Source: the human T2T-CHM13v2.0 reference genome, Homo sapiens. Taken from it: a DNA stretch of 64,000 nucleotides. Each line of letters begins with the position of its first letter. Position 1 is the stretch's first letter. The translations under genes were made by a program, and so were the position numbers. Under the pieces are notes generated by a model. The model ran no database searches. It had not been told where the DNA came from and saw only the letters and a program-made list of their open reading frames with translations. The DNA is taken from NCBI RefSeq assembly GCF_009914755.1, contig NC_060934.1. One strand, 5' to 3'. Positions 21,427-37,400 of this stretch are shown here, one piece after another.

Positions 21427-23569
21427 TTACCTACCCAGCTTCTTTGAGACTTTCTCTTCATCTTTGGTTATCTGCAATATAAATATGATATGCTGAGGTA
21501 AGTGGTTTTTGATCATTTAACCTGTTTGGTGTTCCCTAAGCTTCCTGAATCTGTGGTTTGGAGTCTGTCACTTATTTTGGAAAGTTCTCAGTCATTATTA
21601 CTTCAAATATTTTTCTGTTCTGTTCTCTTTATTCTTCCAATATTCAAATTACACATAAGTTACACCTTATGAAATTGTCCCTCAATTCTTACTGTTCTGT
21701 TCTGTTGTTTGTTGATTTTTATTTTTTTTCCTGTTTGCATCTCAGTTTGGGAAGTGCCTATGGACAAACCTTAGGCTCACTGACTCTTTTTTGGCTGTAT
21801 CCAATCTGCTTATGAGCCCATCAGAGGCATTCTTCATTCTGTTACAGTTGTTTTTATTTCTGGTATTTCCTTTTTATTCTTTCTTAGAGTCTCCAACTCT
21901 GCATATATTACTCATCTGTTCTTGCATGTTGTCTAGAGCCCTTAGCTCATTTTACTTCAGAGCCCTTAGCTCATTAATTATAATTATTTTAAATTTCCTG
22001 CCTGATAATTCCAAAATTTGTGTCATGTTTGAATCTGATTCTGATGGTAGTATTTTATCTCTAGAAGTTTTTCTTGACTTTTAGTATGCCTTGTAATTTT
22101 ATGTCAAAGCCCAGATGTGTTGTATCAGGTAATAAGGGTTAAATAAGTTTTTAGTGTGAAGATTTGTGGTCATCTGGGTAGGAGTTAGGCTATCTTTAAT
22201 GTTTGCTGCAGCTATGCCAGAGGCTTCAAATTCCCCCAAGTGTCCTTATTGGTGTCTCCCCTCTTGACTTTAGGCTTCCCTAAGTACTCCTCCTTAGATA
22301 GAGTATATACCTTGCAGTTTCTTGGCTGCAATCTGCTGTTATTATACTGGAGCCCTGTTGGTGTGGTGGTAAGATGAATGGAAGAAGTGTCCTATAGTCT
22401 GATTAAATCTCAATATTTTAGTGGACCTGTGACTCAGTGCTGTGACCTTCACAAGAGTTTCATCACAATATAGCTTTTTTTCTCCCTGCCTTCCTTGGCT
22501 GTGTAATTTATAGTCTATTTTCTTAAAGCCCTCACATCTGTTGTCTATGTTTTTCCCCTGTCCGGTGAGACAGGAAGGCTAGAGACAGTTGAAGAAAAAG
22601 GAATCTGTCTCTTCTTGGTGCAACAATTTCCCGGCAAAATTTTTATCCCTGGAGAGTAGGTATTCATTATGAAGACTATGTGCATATTTCACAATGATTA
22701 CTCTCTCCTTGCCAGAGTTACAAAAAGATTTTTCTGATATTCATCATGAGAACCTAGTAAGGTTCTTGAAGCTAAAAACCCATGGAATTGTGGCAGTCAC
22801 CCTAAGACTGCACTCCCCAGGAGTTACTCAACCTCACCCTCATGCTAATCCACACTCAACCTCCAGCAATTTCCCAACATAACACCAAAGTGCTATAGTT
22901 TATGACTCCAGAAGCTTCCATCTTAGGTAGGTAGCTGTTAACTGTGTCTCTTTGGAGGGGCCTGTCTCCCCAGATTTCAGGGTGATGGTTTGCCCTGCAA
23001 CCTCATTCCACAATAAGTCCAAGAAAAGTCATTAGTTTTCAATTTGACTAGGTTTTTATGGTTGTAAAAATGGAAGTGACAACTTCCAATTTCTTCACAT
23101 ATAGAAGCTGAAACCAGAAGTCCTTTCAGCATTAACCTAATTACAATGTTACATAAAGAAAGGCTTTTGATTAAAAAGAAAAAATAAATGTATAAGGCAT
23201 TTCAAAACAAAAGATTCTCCAAGCCAGTGAAGCATCTTCCTCAGAACTTCTACTGGGAAACAGGAGTAGGAGCATGACAACCCAGGAGGCTGGGGGTGGT
23301 GTTTCTTCCCAGAACATCCACAAACTTCCTCTAGAAGAGCCTGATTTCATTCCTAGCTCACTCTACCCCAAAGACAATCTTTTAACTATAATGATTACAT
23401 TTGAAGAGATCTGGTTCCAGGCACAATGAGATATGGCTCCTGACACATTGAAATAATAAGCCATCACTGTGTTCCCCTTTATTTCAAAGATGGAATATTT
23501 ACAATAAATATATAGCCATAATCTAGGAAGTATCAGTGTCAGGCAAACATTCTTGAATTTGAAAATTGA

Positions 23570-23866
23570 GACCAGGCACAGTGGCTCACACCTGTAATCC
23601 CAACACTTCGGGAGGCTGAGGCAGGAGGATCACCTGAGGCCTTGAAATCAAGACCAGCCTGGGCAACATAGTGAGACCCCATCTCTTCAAATAAAACTTT
23701 TTAATTCACTGGGCATTGTGGTGTAGTCCTAGCTACTCAGAAGTCTGAGGCAGAAGGATAACTTGAGCCTCAGAGTTTGAGGCTGCAGTGAGCTATGACT
23801 GTGTCACTGCACCCTGGCCTGAGTGACAGAGCAAGACCCTGTATCTAAAATAATAATAATAATAAT
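23570..23866 (+). mobile_element. AluJ
   Basis: J diagnostics; (taa)n tail. Confidence 0.88.
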
Positions 23867-24129
23867 TTTTAATTGGATGTCTTTACTCAGTTTCGCATAG
23901 TCTCAATATCAATATGTTATTATATAGAATATGTTCACTTCCTTGTCCATGGGTACATTTTTCAAATGTGTAAATGATCCCATCATCCATGTCCCAAACT
24001 TATGTTAAAAATGTCTTACTCAAATATTAAACAAGACTAGAAACCAAAGAAATAAAAATTAAAAGAAGAATGATGTATTTTTTACCCACACTACATTCAC
24101 AAAATAAGAAACTCCAGAAGAGCAGAGAG

Positions 24130-24360
24130 AACAGTGGAGCAGAAGCCAGGTGCCAGATGGCCTGGATTTGAATCAGCTCCACAGCTGACCACTGTGTCAC
24201 CTTAGGAAAGTCACTTGGCCACTTATCTCTATGCTTTGGTGTTCTCACTGGAAAATGGGAATAATAGTAGCACCTGTGAATGTTGTAAAGATTAAATGAA
24301 AGAATCCATTAAAAGCTTAAGACAGTATCCAGCAGAGAGTGAACACTAAATAAGTTTTAA
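24130..24360 (+). mobile_element. MIR
   Basis: ctggatttgaatcagctccac...tgtcaccttaggaaagtcactt...aaaatgggaataatagtagcacct. Confidence 0.8.
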
Positions 24361-24519
24361 TTTTTGCCAACTCCAGTGTTATTGTGCATATCTGAAATAC
24401 TCCAGTGTGTCAGTTCCATACATGCCCAGCCTGTAACCTATTCACACTTCAAAACTTCTGGCTGAAATTGCCTAGTACTTCATACCCCTTTTGGCTTCTC
24501 CATCCCCATTGTCTCTTTA

Positions 24520-24854
<335 letters not shown>

Positions 24855-25114
24855 TCATCTTCACTATGTTTGGTTTTCAGCAAATCCCTGGAAAGAACTC
24901 ACAGTGCCCTTCCACCTCTTCCCACATGAGTAGACCCATTCCACTTGACCCTGCTCTGGCTTTTTGGATTCCCCATCTGTCACAGGGCACACACACCTCA
25001 AAATTGGGGTTCAGCCTGAGAGGCCATGGGGATTCTTGGCTTCATGCAGGAAGGAATTAATGAACCAGCCAATACAGTAAAGTAAAAGCAAGTTTATTAA
25101 GAAAGTAAAGAAAT

Positions 25115-25483
<369 letters not shown>

Positions 25484-25535
25484 TCATATGCTAAACAGGG
25501 GGTGGATTATTCATGAGTCTTTTAGGAAAGAAGTA

Positions 25536-25641
25536 GGGAATTCCCAGAACTGAGGGTTTATCTCCATTTCAAACCATATAGGGTCACTTCTGGATGTTGC
25601 CATGGCACTTGTAAATCATTATGTTGCTGGTGGGAATTTCC
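25536..25641. promoter_or_regulatory. kappaB, GAS and X-box motif cluster in MER41
   Basis: GGGAATTCCC 25536-25545, TTCCCAGAA 25541-25549, GTTGCCATGGCAC 25596-25608, GGGAATTTCC 25632-25641. Motif matches only. Confidence 0.4.
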
Positions 25642-25685
25642 TTTAGTATGCTAATACATCATAATTCATGTAAAATGAGCAGTGA

Positions 25686-26027
<342 letters not shown>

Positions 26028-26186
26028 ACTGGACTTGGCTGGCTTCTTTACCACCTCCTGTTTTATCAGTGGGGTCTTTGTGACCCATATCTGGTGAAAC
26101 CAGTCCTGCCAAACTCCTAGCTCACATTCACTAAGCAAACCTTAACTGGCGACATCATAATCAGTAAACTCTTTAAAAGGCAATAT

Positions 26187-26187
<1 letters not shown>

Positions 26188-26239
<52 letters not shown>
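26188..26239. repeat. (AGAT)13 microsatellite
   Basis: 13 perfect units counted. Confidence 0.97.
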
Positions 26240-27350
26240 GATAGAGCTTAAATGTTCATCCTCTGTGACTCAGTAACCTTGCTTTCGAAATACATCTTGA
26301 GAATAATACAAAATATAGGTGAAAAAAATACAGCAGACATTTTTCAATATGGCTTTATTTATGGTAGTGATGAATTAGAAGCAAACTAAATGTTCTACAG
26401 TGGAGGAGTGCTTAATTAACTGAGGACACATCCATTCCATGGAATATTATACAGTCATAAAAAGAATAATTATAAAGACTACATTGCAACTCAGAATAAT
26501 GCTCATGAGTCAGTGAAACAGCCAAGGATGCAACTGTATATTCCATACAATTATAATTATGTAAAAATATGGATGCATATAGAAAGAAACCAGGAAAAAA
26601 AAAAGGATAGTAACTGTGTTAATGGGATTAGGAGTGGTTTTCTTTCTTTTTTTTAACATTCTGTAATATTATTACGTTGTTTTCACAGTAAAAAGATGTC
26701 CATTATAAATGTAAATAAACAGTTACAAGCCCAAATTCAGCCTCCAGAATCTCTTGTACTTTTAGCTCAAATGAATTATACTCCAGGCTTAATTTCTCAT
26801 GCTCAAAGGATGTTCTAGAGGCAAATATTTTTTTCTTTCCCAACAGAATAAAGGAAGTAATTTTGTTTACTAAGGAAAATGTGACCTCCATGTTGAGTAA
26901 TGTTATACAGAGATAACACTCTTGCTCCTGCATGAGCAGGGCATGTGTTTTGAATTATTATTCCCTCGTGGGGATAGATTGGAGCTGAGCTATCTTCTCT
27001 CCTTTCACTTTGCTCTCCATTCAGCTGATAATGAGGCATTTGTAAGGCTGAGGTCTGAGGGGCACTTGGGAGCCTGATCAAGCAAAGCAAATTGACCCAT
27101 CTACCGAGCACACTGAGACCTTCTCCAAATACTCAATCCAAACAAGCTAAATTGAGCTATAACAGCATTGAGATAAAATGCTTGTAGGTGATTCTGTGCC
27201 AACCAGGTGAAGCACATTCTTTGACAACATAATGACAAATTATGTAGAATACCATCAGATAACATTGTGCATGTTTTAATATAAAGCACTTAGAGAAATA
27301 AGGGGAATTATCTAGGCTAATGATAAAGAATAAATACTATACTTACTTAC

Positions 27351-27708
27351 TGCTATGGTTTGAATGTCCCCTCCAAAACTCATGTTGAAATTTAATTGCC
27401 ATTGTGATTGTATAAAGAAGTGAGACCATTAAGAGTTGATTAGGCAATGTGGGTAGAGCCTTCATGAATGGATTAACATCTGGAGTGTGTTTATCTCGAG
27501 AATGTGTTGATATCAAAGCCAACTGGGCTCTCTCTTGCTCTCTTGCCCTTTTACCTTCCACCATGGGATGGCGTCACAAAGGCCCTCTCCAGATGCAGCC
27601 CTTTGACTTTGAACTTCCCAGCCTCCAGAACTGTAAGAAATAATTTTTTAAAAATAAATTACCCAGTCTGTGGTGTTTTTTTATAGCAGCATAAAACAGA
27701 CTAAGACA
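27351..27708 (+). mobile_element. MST-family MaLR solo LTR
   Basis: tgctatggtttgaatgtcccctccaaaactcatgttg...agactaagaca; TSD cttac/catac. Confidence 0.85.
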
Positions 27709-27894
27709 CATACTTACCAAATAATATACTTACAACCATAGTTTATGAGCATGATGAGGGGAGAGGATGTAATAAGGACCTCCTAACTTGGGTCTTCTTC
27801 CATCCTACCTTCTTATCTCTTTCTCGGTTCCTTCAAACCCACTGATAGTATTGTCTATACACACAGTCTCTGTTTTACTTCCCATAGGACTCTA

Positions 27895-28175
27895 TAGCTT
27901 GGTGCTGTCTGCATGATAGTGAGTTCTCACACAATCTGGTCATTTAAAAGTGTGTCACACCTCCCCCCTCACTCTTTCTCTCTTGCTCCTGCTTTGCCAT
28001 GTGACATGCAAGCTCCCGTTTCACCTTCCACCATGAGTGAAATCTTCCTGAGGCCTCACCAAAAAACATGCTTGCTGTACAGCCCGCAGAACTGTGAGCC
28101 AATTTAACCTCTTTTTGTTATAAATTACCCAGTGTCAGGTATTCCTTTATAGTAACGCAAGTACAGACTAACATA
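27895..28175 (+). mobile_element. Partial MST/THE1 LTR (3' part)
   Basis: tgatagtgagttctcac...agaactgtgagccaatt...ataaattacccag...cagactaaca. Confidence 0.75.
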
Positions 28176-28179
28176 AATT

Positions 28180-28620
28180 ATAACCTCAATCTAATCATGA
28201 GAAAACTTCAGACAAACCCAAATTGAAGGACATGCTACAACATATCTGAACAGTACTTTTCAAACATTTGAAGGTGAAGAAAGCCATAAAAGGGCTGAAA
28301 AACTGTCACAGATTAGAGAATAGTATGGAGACCTGACAACTAAATTCAATCTGATATTCTGGCTTCGATCCTGGAAGAGAAAAAGAACCTTAGTGGGAAA
28401 ACTGGTGAGAATCTGAATAAAGTCTGTAGTTTAGTTATTAGGTATTTAGGTATTATACCAATGTTAATTTTTTTGTTTTGTTCATTATAATGTGGTTATG
28501 TATAATGTTGAAATTAGAGGAAGCTGGGTAGATAGTATACTAATAGGGATTCTATACATTTTTGCATCTCTTATGTAAGTCTAAGTCTAAAGTTATTTCA
28601 AACTAAGACATTTTTAAAAA
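28180..28620 (+). mobile_element. L1MC 3'-end fragment
   Basis: aatctaatcatgagaaaac..cagacaaacccaaattga..ctgaataaagtctgtagtttag. Confidence 0.7.
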
Positions 28621-28766
28621 TTAGTGTCCCCAATACCTATAGAATCAAATCCAATTTCCTTAGCATAACATATAATATCCTTCATGATCTGATCTACTTG
28701 TCCAGTGCTATCTTCTATCCCTTGCTCACAGTTGCAATGTTTTAGCTATGTTAAACTTCTTACCTT

Positions 28767-29130
28767 GTGTCTTACTCTGTTTCTGCTGTTATAACAAAAT
28801 ATATTATACTGGGTAATTTATGAACAACAGGAATTTAGTACTTACAATTCTGGGGGCCATGAAATCCAAGATCATGACACCAGCAGATCCAGCGTCTGGT
28901 GAGGGCCAGATCTCTGCCTCAAAGATGGCACCTTGGTGCTGTGTCCTCGAAGGGTGAAAGGTGGAAAGCAGCTCCCTTCAGCCTCTTTTGTAAGGGTACT
29001 AATCCCACTCATAAGGGCTGAGCCCTCATAACTTAATCACTTCCCAAAATGTGCCAGCTTTCAATACTATCACATTGGGTATTAGGTTCCAACATATGAA
29101 TCTGGGGGGCACACTAACATTCAGAACATA
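28767..29130 (-). mobile_element. MLT1A/MST-type MaLR LTR
   Basis: tgtcttactctgtttctgctgttataacaaaata...aaatccaagatca...tctggtgagggc. Confidence 0.75.
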
Positions 29131-29385
29131 GAAACTTATATCATTTTTTTAATAAACACACACACACATCTGTGCACGCACGCACACACACACACACACG
29201 CGGCCCAAACACAACTGTCTAATTTTGTTGTTAATAGACATATGATGATATGCTAATTGCCCTGATTTGATCATAACACATAGTATAACGTATAGAAATA
29301 TCATGCTGTCCCCCATAAGTGTATACAATTATTATGTAACAATTAGAAATAATAATAAAGGCAAAAAAAAAAAAAAGAATAAAGG

Positions 29386-29684
29386 GGCTGGGTGCAGTGG
29401 CTCATGCCTGTAATCCCAGCACTTTGGGAGGCTGAGGTGGGTGGATCACCCGAAGTCAGCAGTTTGAGACCAACACGGCGAAACTCCATCTCTACTGAAA
29501 ATACAAAAATTAGCTGGGCGTGGTGGCAGGTGCCTGTAATCCTAGCTACTCAAGAGGCTGAGGCATGAGGATCGCTTGAACCAGGAGGTGAAAATTGCAG
29601 TGAGCCAAGATCATGCCACTGCACTCCAGCCTGGGGGATAGAGCAAGACTCTGTCTCCAAAAAAATAAAAAATTAAAAAATAAA
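29386..29684 (+). mobile_element. AluS
   Basis: Dimeric Alu following an L1MA tail fragment (29240-29375). Confidence 0.88.
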
Positions 29685-31739
29685 GGAAAGATTGCCCACC
29701 CACCCCTAAAAAAAACTTTAAAAAATAGACACAGGACTAAAATCCAAGTTTCCTGATTCCAAAATCACTGGTCTTAATAGAATCAGTATAATCCCTATCC
29801 ACTCATTGGGCTCCCAAGTTATGACATTTGACATGCCATAGCTAAGTCAAGGTAGTCAACTCAATTTTACCATCAGCTTAACTGAATCTTTTAACAGAAA
29901 ATAACACCGTATAATGGTATATGTCACAAATGGAATGAAGGACTCTGAACTCATTCATCTCAAATGTAAACACTACAATCAATTCTCATAAAGCCAAAGA
30001 TGGGCACATTTATGCACATTTACAAAGTACATAGTTCTGCTTGCATTGGTCCCATTACAATCCTGTCTAAATCCTGAAGTAAAAATGAATACCATAGTGA
30101 AGAAATTACTTGTGCATGTGAAAGAGGCTGGTCCAACTCCTTAATTGCAACAGGGATTTGATTCTTCTACTAGTAGTTAGGAAAGGTTGCATTAATATTC
30201 AGTAGTTAAAATGTGCGATTCTAAATTTTTTGTAATTTCCCATGAGAGAATAAATTTTTTCAAAAATATTCCCAGTAGGTGAATGACTTTAATACATGGT
30301 ATCTGTGAAGATGGCAAATAAAATGACTCATAGACTTATAATTTGGCGAACAGTTGAAATAGCTTTTCTTTATAGACAAGTTTTAGCCCTGTTCATTTGA
30401 GGTTGATTGAGATTGGTTATTGTACATAAGTATGTTGACAATTCTTTGAATTCTATTGACTTTTGGATTCCCAAGTTCTTTCCTGAAACCTGTATAAGCT
30501 AATACTTTAGAAGAGACAGCAGAAAAAAAGAGAGTACAGATAGATGGACCCAGAGGTGACTGAAAGTTCTGAAATAAAAGTAATGAATGTTAAGGGAAAT
30601 TCTCTATTTCTCAATCTCCTGAGCTCTCTCTCCTCTATTTCTTGCTTGTAGAAGTAAAGGATGCCCTCTATTTATTTATTTTTTAAGAAATAGCAAGTTG
30701 AAGTAGCAAAAAAGGAAACTTCTTACTCCAGCAAGGAAAAGAGCCACTAGAAGCCACAGGAACAGACAAGCAATCATAGCAAGACAGAACGAACTGCAAT
30801 CCCATCACAGGCTTTTCTTCACGGGGTGCTGGAGAACACCGTGGAGCACTCTGCAATTCACAGGCAGGACCAGATTAGAAATTGCCAGGACAGACGGAGT
30901 CACAGCAACTACACACCGACTAGTGATGAGCTCTCCTCCAGATATTCTTATCACTCAGGTAAACAACCCTTTTCCTTGAAAGTGCCACATCTGAGGATTC
31001 TAACCTCTTGAAGTAGGAGCTACTTTTCTGTCTCCCAAAGTCTAGAGGAAGATTTGCAGATTTGGATGGGCACGGCTGGCAGTTCCCAGGCAGGCAAACA
31101 TTCAACCAAACCAAAAAAAAAAAAAAAAAACAGAAATTGTGGGGGATGGACCAGGAGACGGTTTAGTTCTAAGCCCCTCTCTCAGGAGGAGCACAGAAGT
31201 GTACATGAAAAAGACAACTGTCCTGAAGGCAGTAAAATTACTTTATGGATACATATTTGTTGGGGGAACTTAAAGATAGATAAATGAAAGAAAGAGAGAT
31301 AAACAGGGATTAGCCTACATTAATAGAATAAGTTCTAGAAGTATATATCCATTGTATTAACAGTGCTTATCTCTGACCACTGAAATTATAGGTTGTTTTG
31401 TTTTGTTTTTGCTTCTGTAGCACATTTTTAATTCTTACAAGTTTCTAGGATAATCCTGGTCACTCACTGGGAGCCCCAGCTATGGGCAGCATCCTTTCTA
31501 GGAAAAAGATTAAACCAAATGATGAGCTGCTTCCTCTGACCCTACAATATTGTAATAAAAAACTGAAGAGGGAACAACAACAACAACAAAAAATCCAACA
31601 GGATCTGGGCACTGTCCTAAAAAGAAGAATAAACTTCTGGTGCATATTTCTATAGAAATATTCATTTTATTTGACAGTTACTACCCAAATATTTCCATAT
31701 GGCCTTTATTATTTTAAATTTTTTAATTTTTAAAATGTT

Positions 31740-31925
31740 TTGTACTTTTTTTACTGACAAGGTCTCATTCTGTTGCCCAGGTCTCACTCTGCTGCCCACT
31801 ACTGTTGCTACTGTAGTGCGATCTTAGCTCACTGTAACCTCAAAGTCCTGGGTTCAAGAGATCCTCCCGTGTCAGCCCCAGGTGGCTGGGAATACAGGCA
31901 TGTGCCACCATGTTCACCTATTTTA
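31740..31925 (-). mobile_element. Alu right-arm fragment (J/FRAM)
   Basis: ggtctcattctgttgcccagg...tagctcactgtaacctc...aggcatgtgccacc. Confidence 0.7.
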
Positions 31926-32320
31926 AACATTCTTTTTTAAATGAGACTACAAAAATAGCAAATGAATTGCTTTACCATAAGGACAGCATTTTACCTTACA
32001 TTAATGGAACTCCAAATAAGAAAGAAAATCTTAATCCATAAATTCTCACCACTATCCCCACACATCTACAAAGGAACAAACTGGTTTTTCTCCCAGTTTT
32101 TACGTTATAAATGTTTGCTATGTTACATCTGAAATTAACTGAAGTCTATCCTTCAGTTGATTCAGTTCAATCCTAAACCGTTGTAAAACAACGATTGTAT
32201 CAGCAGTGCTTTACTGACCTCAAACTATATAAAATTATAATTAAATACCATGATCTCCTGCAGAAATTGCAAGATAAAGAATTGATTTCTGGTAAAATGA
32301 TGCAGAGATCTGATTCTTCC

Positions 32321-33254
<934 letters not shown>

Positions 33255-34797
33255 CATCCCAAACAGTCTTTGTCATTAGCCCTTCAGAGCAAAAGCTCAG
33301 CTCTACTTCTCAGAGGCCCTGGCTCATGGGCACTCACAACCTGGCAGGAGGAAGCAAATGCTGCTTCCCCACTGTCTTAATAATTCGAATGTTGTGGTTA
33401 GTGTGCAAGCTGTATGGCTCCCATCTACTCTAAGCTTGGTAGTTCTGAGATACATGATGACTTCTTTCCTTGAAAATAGCCTCAAAGGAGGCTAGATATT
33501 TAAAGTGGATACTAATTAATCTGTTAACTTTGAATAAACTCCTTCCTTTTTCTGGAAGGGCCACACAAGAGAATGTTAAGATCTCTTTTAACTCCAACTA
33601 TCACTGACCTCAACCTTAGAGCCTTTGCCCGGTATAAATCTTCAAACTTCAAATTTATATTTATTTCTAAAGCAAGAACCAAGAATAAGTAGCAAATGGA
33701 TAATAAATGAATGAACATAAGTGCTTCTACATAAAGGGATTTAGATCTAAATATTATTCTAGTTTCTTTCAAGGACAAGGCTCAAGAAACCCAACATGCT
33801 AAATATTCAAGTGTTCTCAGAAAATCTGCTGAGCCAAGTCCATGGTGATATGAATGCTGTCTCCATGTGTTGCTGTTAAAATGCTTATTATAAAGGCTGT
33901 AACAGAAAATTTGTCTTATTAAATAGATATGATAATATAAATAGCTGCAATAGATAAGCCCCTCAAACCCTGTACAACATACCAAGAGAGGCATCTAGAA
34001 TGTATAGCAGGAGGGAAAGCCATGATGGCAGGCTCAGATTTCTCCCCCAGAACTAATTTTAAAAACTTCAGTGCAAGCTCGCTGCAAGGAGAATTTGTAT
34101 TAAGCACAGACTCATTTATTTTCTGCTGATGAACACAGCCATGTGAACAGCTGATAAAGTCCTCTCTCTCTCTCTCTCCCCCTCTGCAAAAGGGTGCCAA
34201 GAATGTAGTTATGAGTTTCAGCTTCAAATTTTAAAACCACCCTATTTACTAATGCAATTATAGGTTTGTTGCCACTGCACTAGGCTAAATATATAGGTGA
34301 CTTGATTCTATCTTTGCTAATTGTCTTACTTAGCAGGCCTGGCAAGGAAATGCACTCCACCTATCAGAAAATATGTTCTGTGCAACATCCACACAGGAAA
34401 TGAATGCGATGGGAAGTGATATGAGTATTTCTGGAAAAGTGTCAAAAATCCTTAACAAAAAAGTTGTCAGAATGAGCATGCTGATTGTGCGTTTTGAAAT
34501 CTGGGTGAGCAAATGCTGGCAGCAGAGTTTTCAGCTGCCTTACGCTGAGGCTTTACAGGGAAAGCTGCCCCATGGCCCACTGACAATGTGCTGGGGTCAT
34601 TTCCAAGGAATTTCTTATTGAATCTCTGTTTCACTCAATCTCAAAGCCTTCAAGATAGTCACATAGGATAATTCTATTACAATTCTTTAATGTAGCCTAA
34701 TTCTTTATAACATTTTTAATAATAATTCTATTATTTTAATATTATATTATAATTCTTTAGCCCTGCAGCTTGTTTTTAAAGCCATTAAACCTATAAA

Positions 34798-34960
34798 TAG
34801 GGCAAGATACATGATTTGAAGGGCTCAGCACAAAACAAAAATGTTTTAAAAAATTACAAATTTCAAGACAGCAAAAACAGAGCATTAAATCAAGCACAGA
34901 GTTCTAAGCAGAGGGCTCTAGGTGACTGCACAGGTCGCACTCCCATGAAGACATCCTTAC
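34798..34960 (-). mobile_element. MER45A hAT-Tip100 MITE
   Basis: aatttcaaga..cagagcattaaatcaagc...gactgcacaggtcgcactcccatgaag. Confidence 0.7.
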
Positions 34961-35145
34961 CTCTAGAAACGTTATTCACTTTCCCCACAGTCAGTGCCAT
35001 ACTGTCTATATAGGCTGCACTTCTCTCCATGTATCCACTGCAATTCCTCTGATCAACTTCTTACACATAGACAATGTTGATCATGTGTGTGTGTGTGTGT
35101 GTGTGTCAAGAACCCTGGGGAATATGTTTTGAAAAGTGAAGCAGA

Positions 35146-35455
<310 letters not shown>

Positions 35456-36126
35456 GAAAGAGAAGCAGAGAACACTGCCTCTGATTTACTCTGTCTCATT
35501 GAGCTTACTACCAGGTGTGTTTAGGCCTTGGACTCATGGGCCAAAGCACAAGATGCTCACCTTTTGTCTCTGCTGTAAATTATTTTTCAAACATAAAACA
35601 CTGCCTTAAACTTAATAACATTAAATGCTCAGACTCATAATACAAAAAAAGAATATTGAAGGAAGAAATGTCAGCATTTTACTTAGAGGTATAATAAGGC
35701 TATGGGGGGTTAGGCATGAAATATAAAATATGAACTGCTAGAATAGGCGTACTTCCATTGATATTAATAAATAGCATTCGGCATTTAATCAGGAATGATC
35801 GAGACATAATCTGTTCAAATTAATCCTACAGCATAACAGATTCAAAATCACTATAAATAATTTAAGGTTTTTCATTATTAATATTTTCTTTTCTTTAAAG
35901 CCTGAATTATCCAAAGATATTAAAAATGGTCCCATGTTAATGGACCTGATTTTAATGACCTATTCGAGTGCCGCATCTGCAGAACATTGCTTAGGGAAAT
36001 TTTTGAACAGTAAATAAATACAAAGAAGAAAAAAGCTTAAGAGAAAGAATGAAAAGCAAATGGACATTCGATTATTTCTAGGCAAGGTTCATTTTCAGCC
36101 TGATTTGTGACTTTAACATGCACAGC

Positions 36127-36145
36127 TAGCGCCACCTATAGAAAC
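36127..36145 (-). promoter_or_regulatory. Candidate CTCF motif
   Basis: Minus strand TCTATAGGTGGCGCTA; the 3' core AGGTGGCGC fits the CTCF consensus. Confidence 0.4.
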
Positions 36146-36879
36146 AATAAAAAATTCTGCTATTAGTAAATAGGGTCTTTCTGCAACAATTGAACTGGAT
36201 CAAATGTCATGAAGAAATGAGGCAGCATTGTAGTAAAAAAAAAAAAACTCTGGTCTTTGTTCAATAAACAAAAGGAACTTACTCTAATGAGCCCCAGCAC
36301 TGAGCCACAGAAGATTTATTGTAATTGGAAAACATGGTTTATTATTAAGGCCCCTTCTAAGTCTTATCCCAGACTATTGTAAGAAAGAAACAAGAGAAAC
36401 CAGCATAATAGCAATTTTACCAGAGAGGGAAAGACTACTGAGTCTTTTATTTTAACTAAGATACAACATTGCTTGTACTTTTCTTCTTTAACTTGTTTAT
36501 TTATATTTTAAAACATTTTGGGGGTACTTACTTTCTGCCAGGTAATTTAAAATACTCCGTTCTCCAGTAACATCTGACCTAATTGGAAAAAATAGTATCC
36601 CACATCAGAAGTATGAAGTGCCATAAGACTCATGGCATAGATGAAAGGTATGGCGTATAAAAGAAAGAGAAGGTACTTCTAGCTGGGCAGATCAGGGAAA
36701 GCTACATGGAGAAGTGGTACATGAGCTAGACCTAGAAGGAAGAATTTGATTGGGAAATGAAGAGATTGAGAGAGAAGGGAAAAGTGGGACAATAAAATCT
36801 GCGTAGGAAGAACAGCAAACAGTTCAGAAAGCAAGTGCAGAAAGAGACATTTGGAAGATTATCCTGGAGCCAAAGCAAT

Positions 36880-37090
36880 AAAATAGTAAGCACTTGCAGA
36901 GAGTTTGCCACAAGCCAGACACCATTCCGCACATTTACTATAGATTCCCTCGTGTCATCCTCAGAATAGCCATTAATCAGCAGGTACAACATTTCATGTC
37001 TACATTGTACAGATAAGAAACAGAAGCACCACAAAGTTACATAACTTGCCCAACATCACATGGCTAGTAAGGTTTGAACCACACTGATAG
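36880..37090 (-). mobile_element. MIR
   Basis: cattgtacagataagaaacagaagcac...taacttgcccaacatcacatggctagtaa..tttgaacc. Confidence 0.7.
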
Positions 37091-37400
37091 CCACTACCCA
37101 CTCTTGCCTCTTGATAATACAGAGTTTGAACTTAACTTTCTCCAAGATGAAGAAAAGTGGAAGAGTTGCTCATTTTTTCAACATAAACAAATGCTTCTAT
37201 GAAAAAGTAAATAAATACTCATAACACAAAAGATAAAGCAAAAAGAAGGGGGGAAATACAATTTCACTTTCCAGAGACAAACTGTCAACATTTTATTCTG
37301 ATTTATTCCAATACATTCTAAAACCATCTAAATATATTCTAAGTGTTAAAGTAATAGATACACATGTTAACAACCTAAAGAATAAAATAAAGTTAATACT

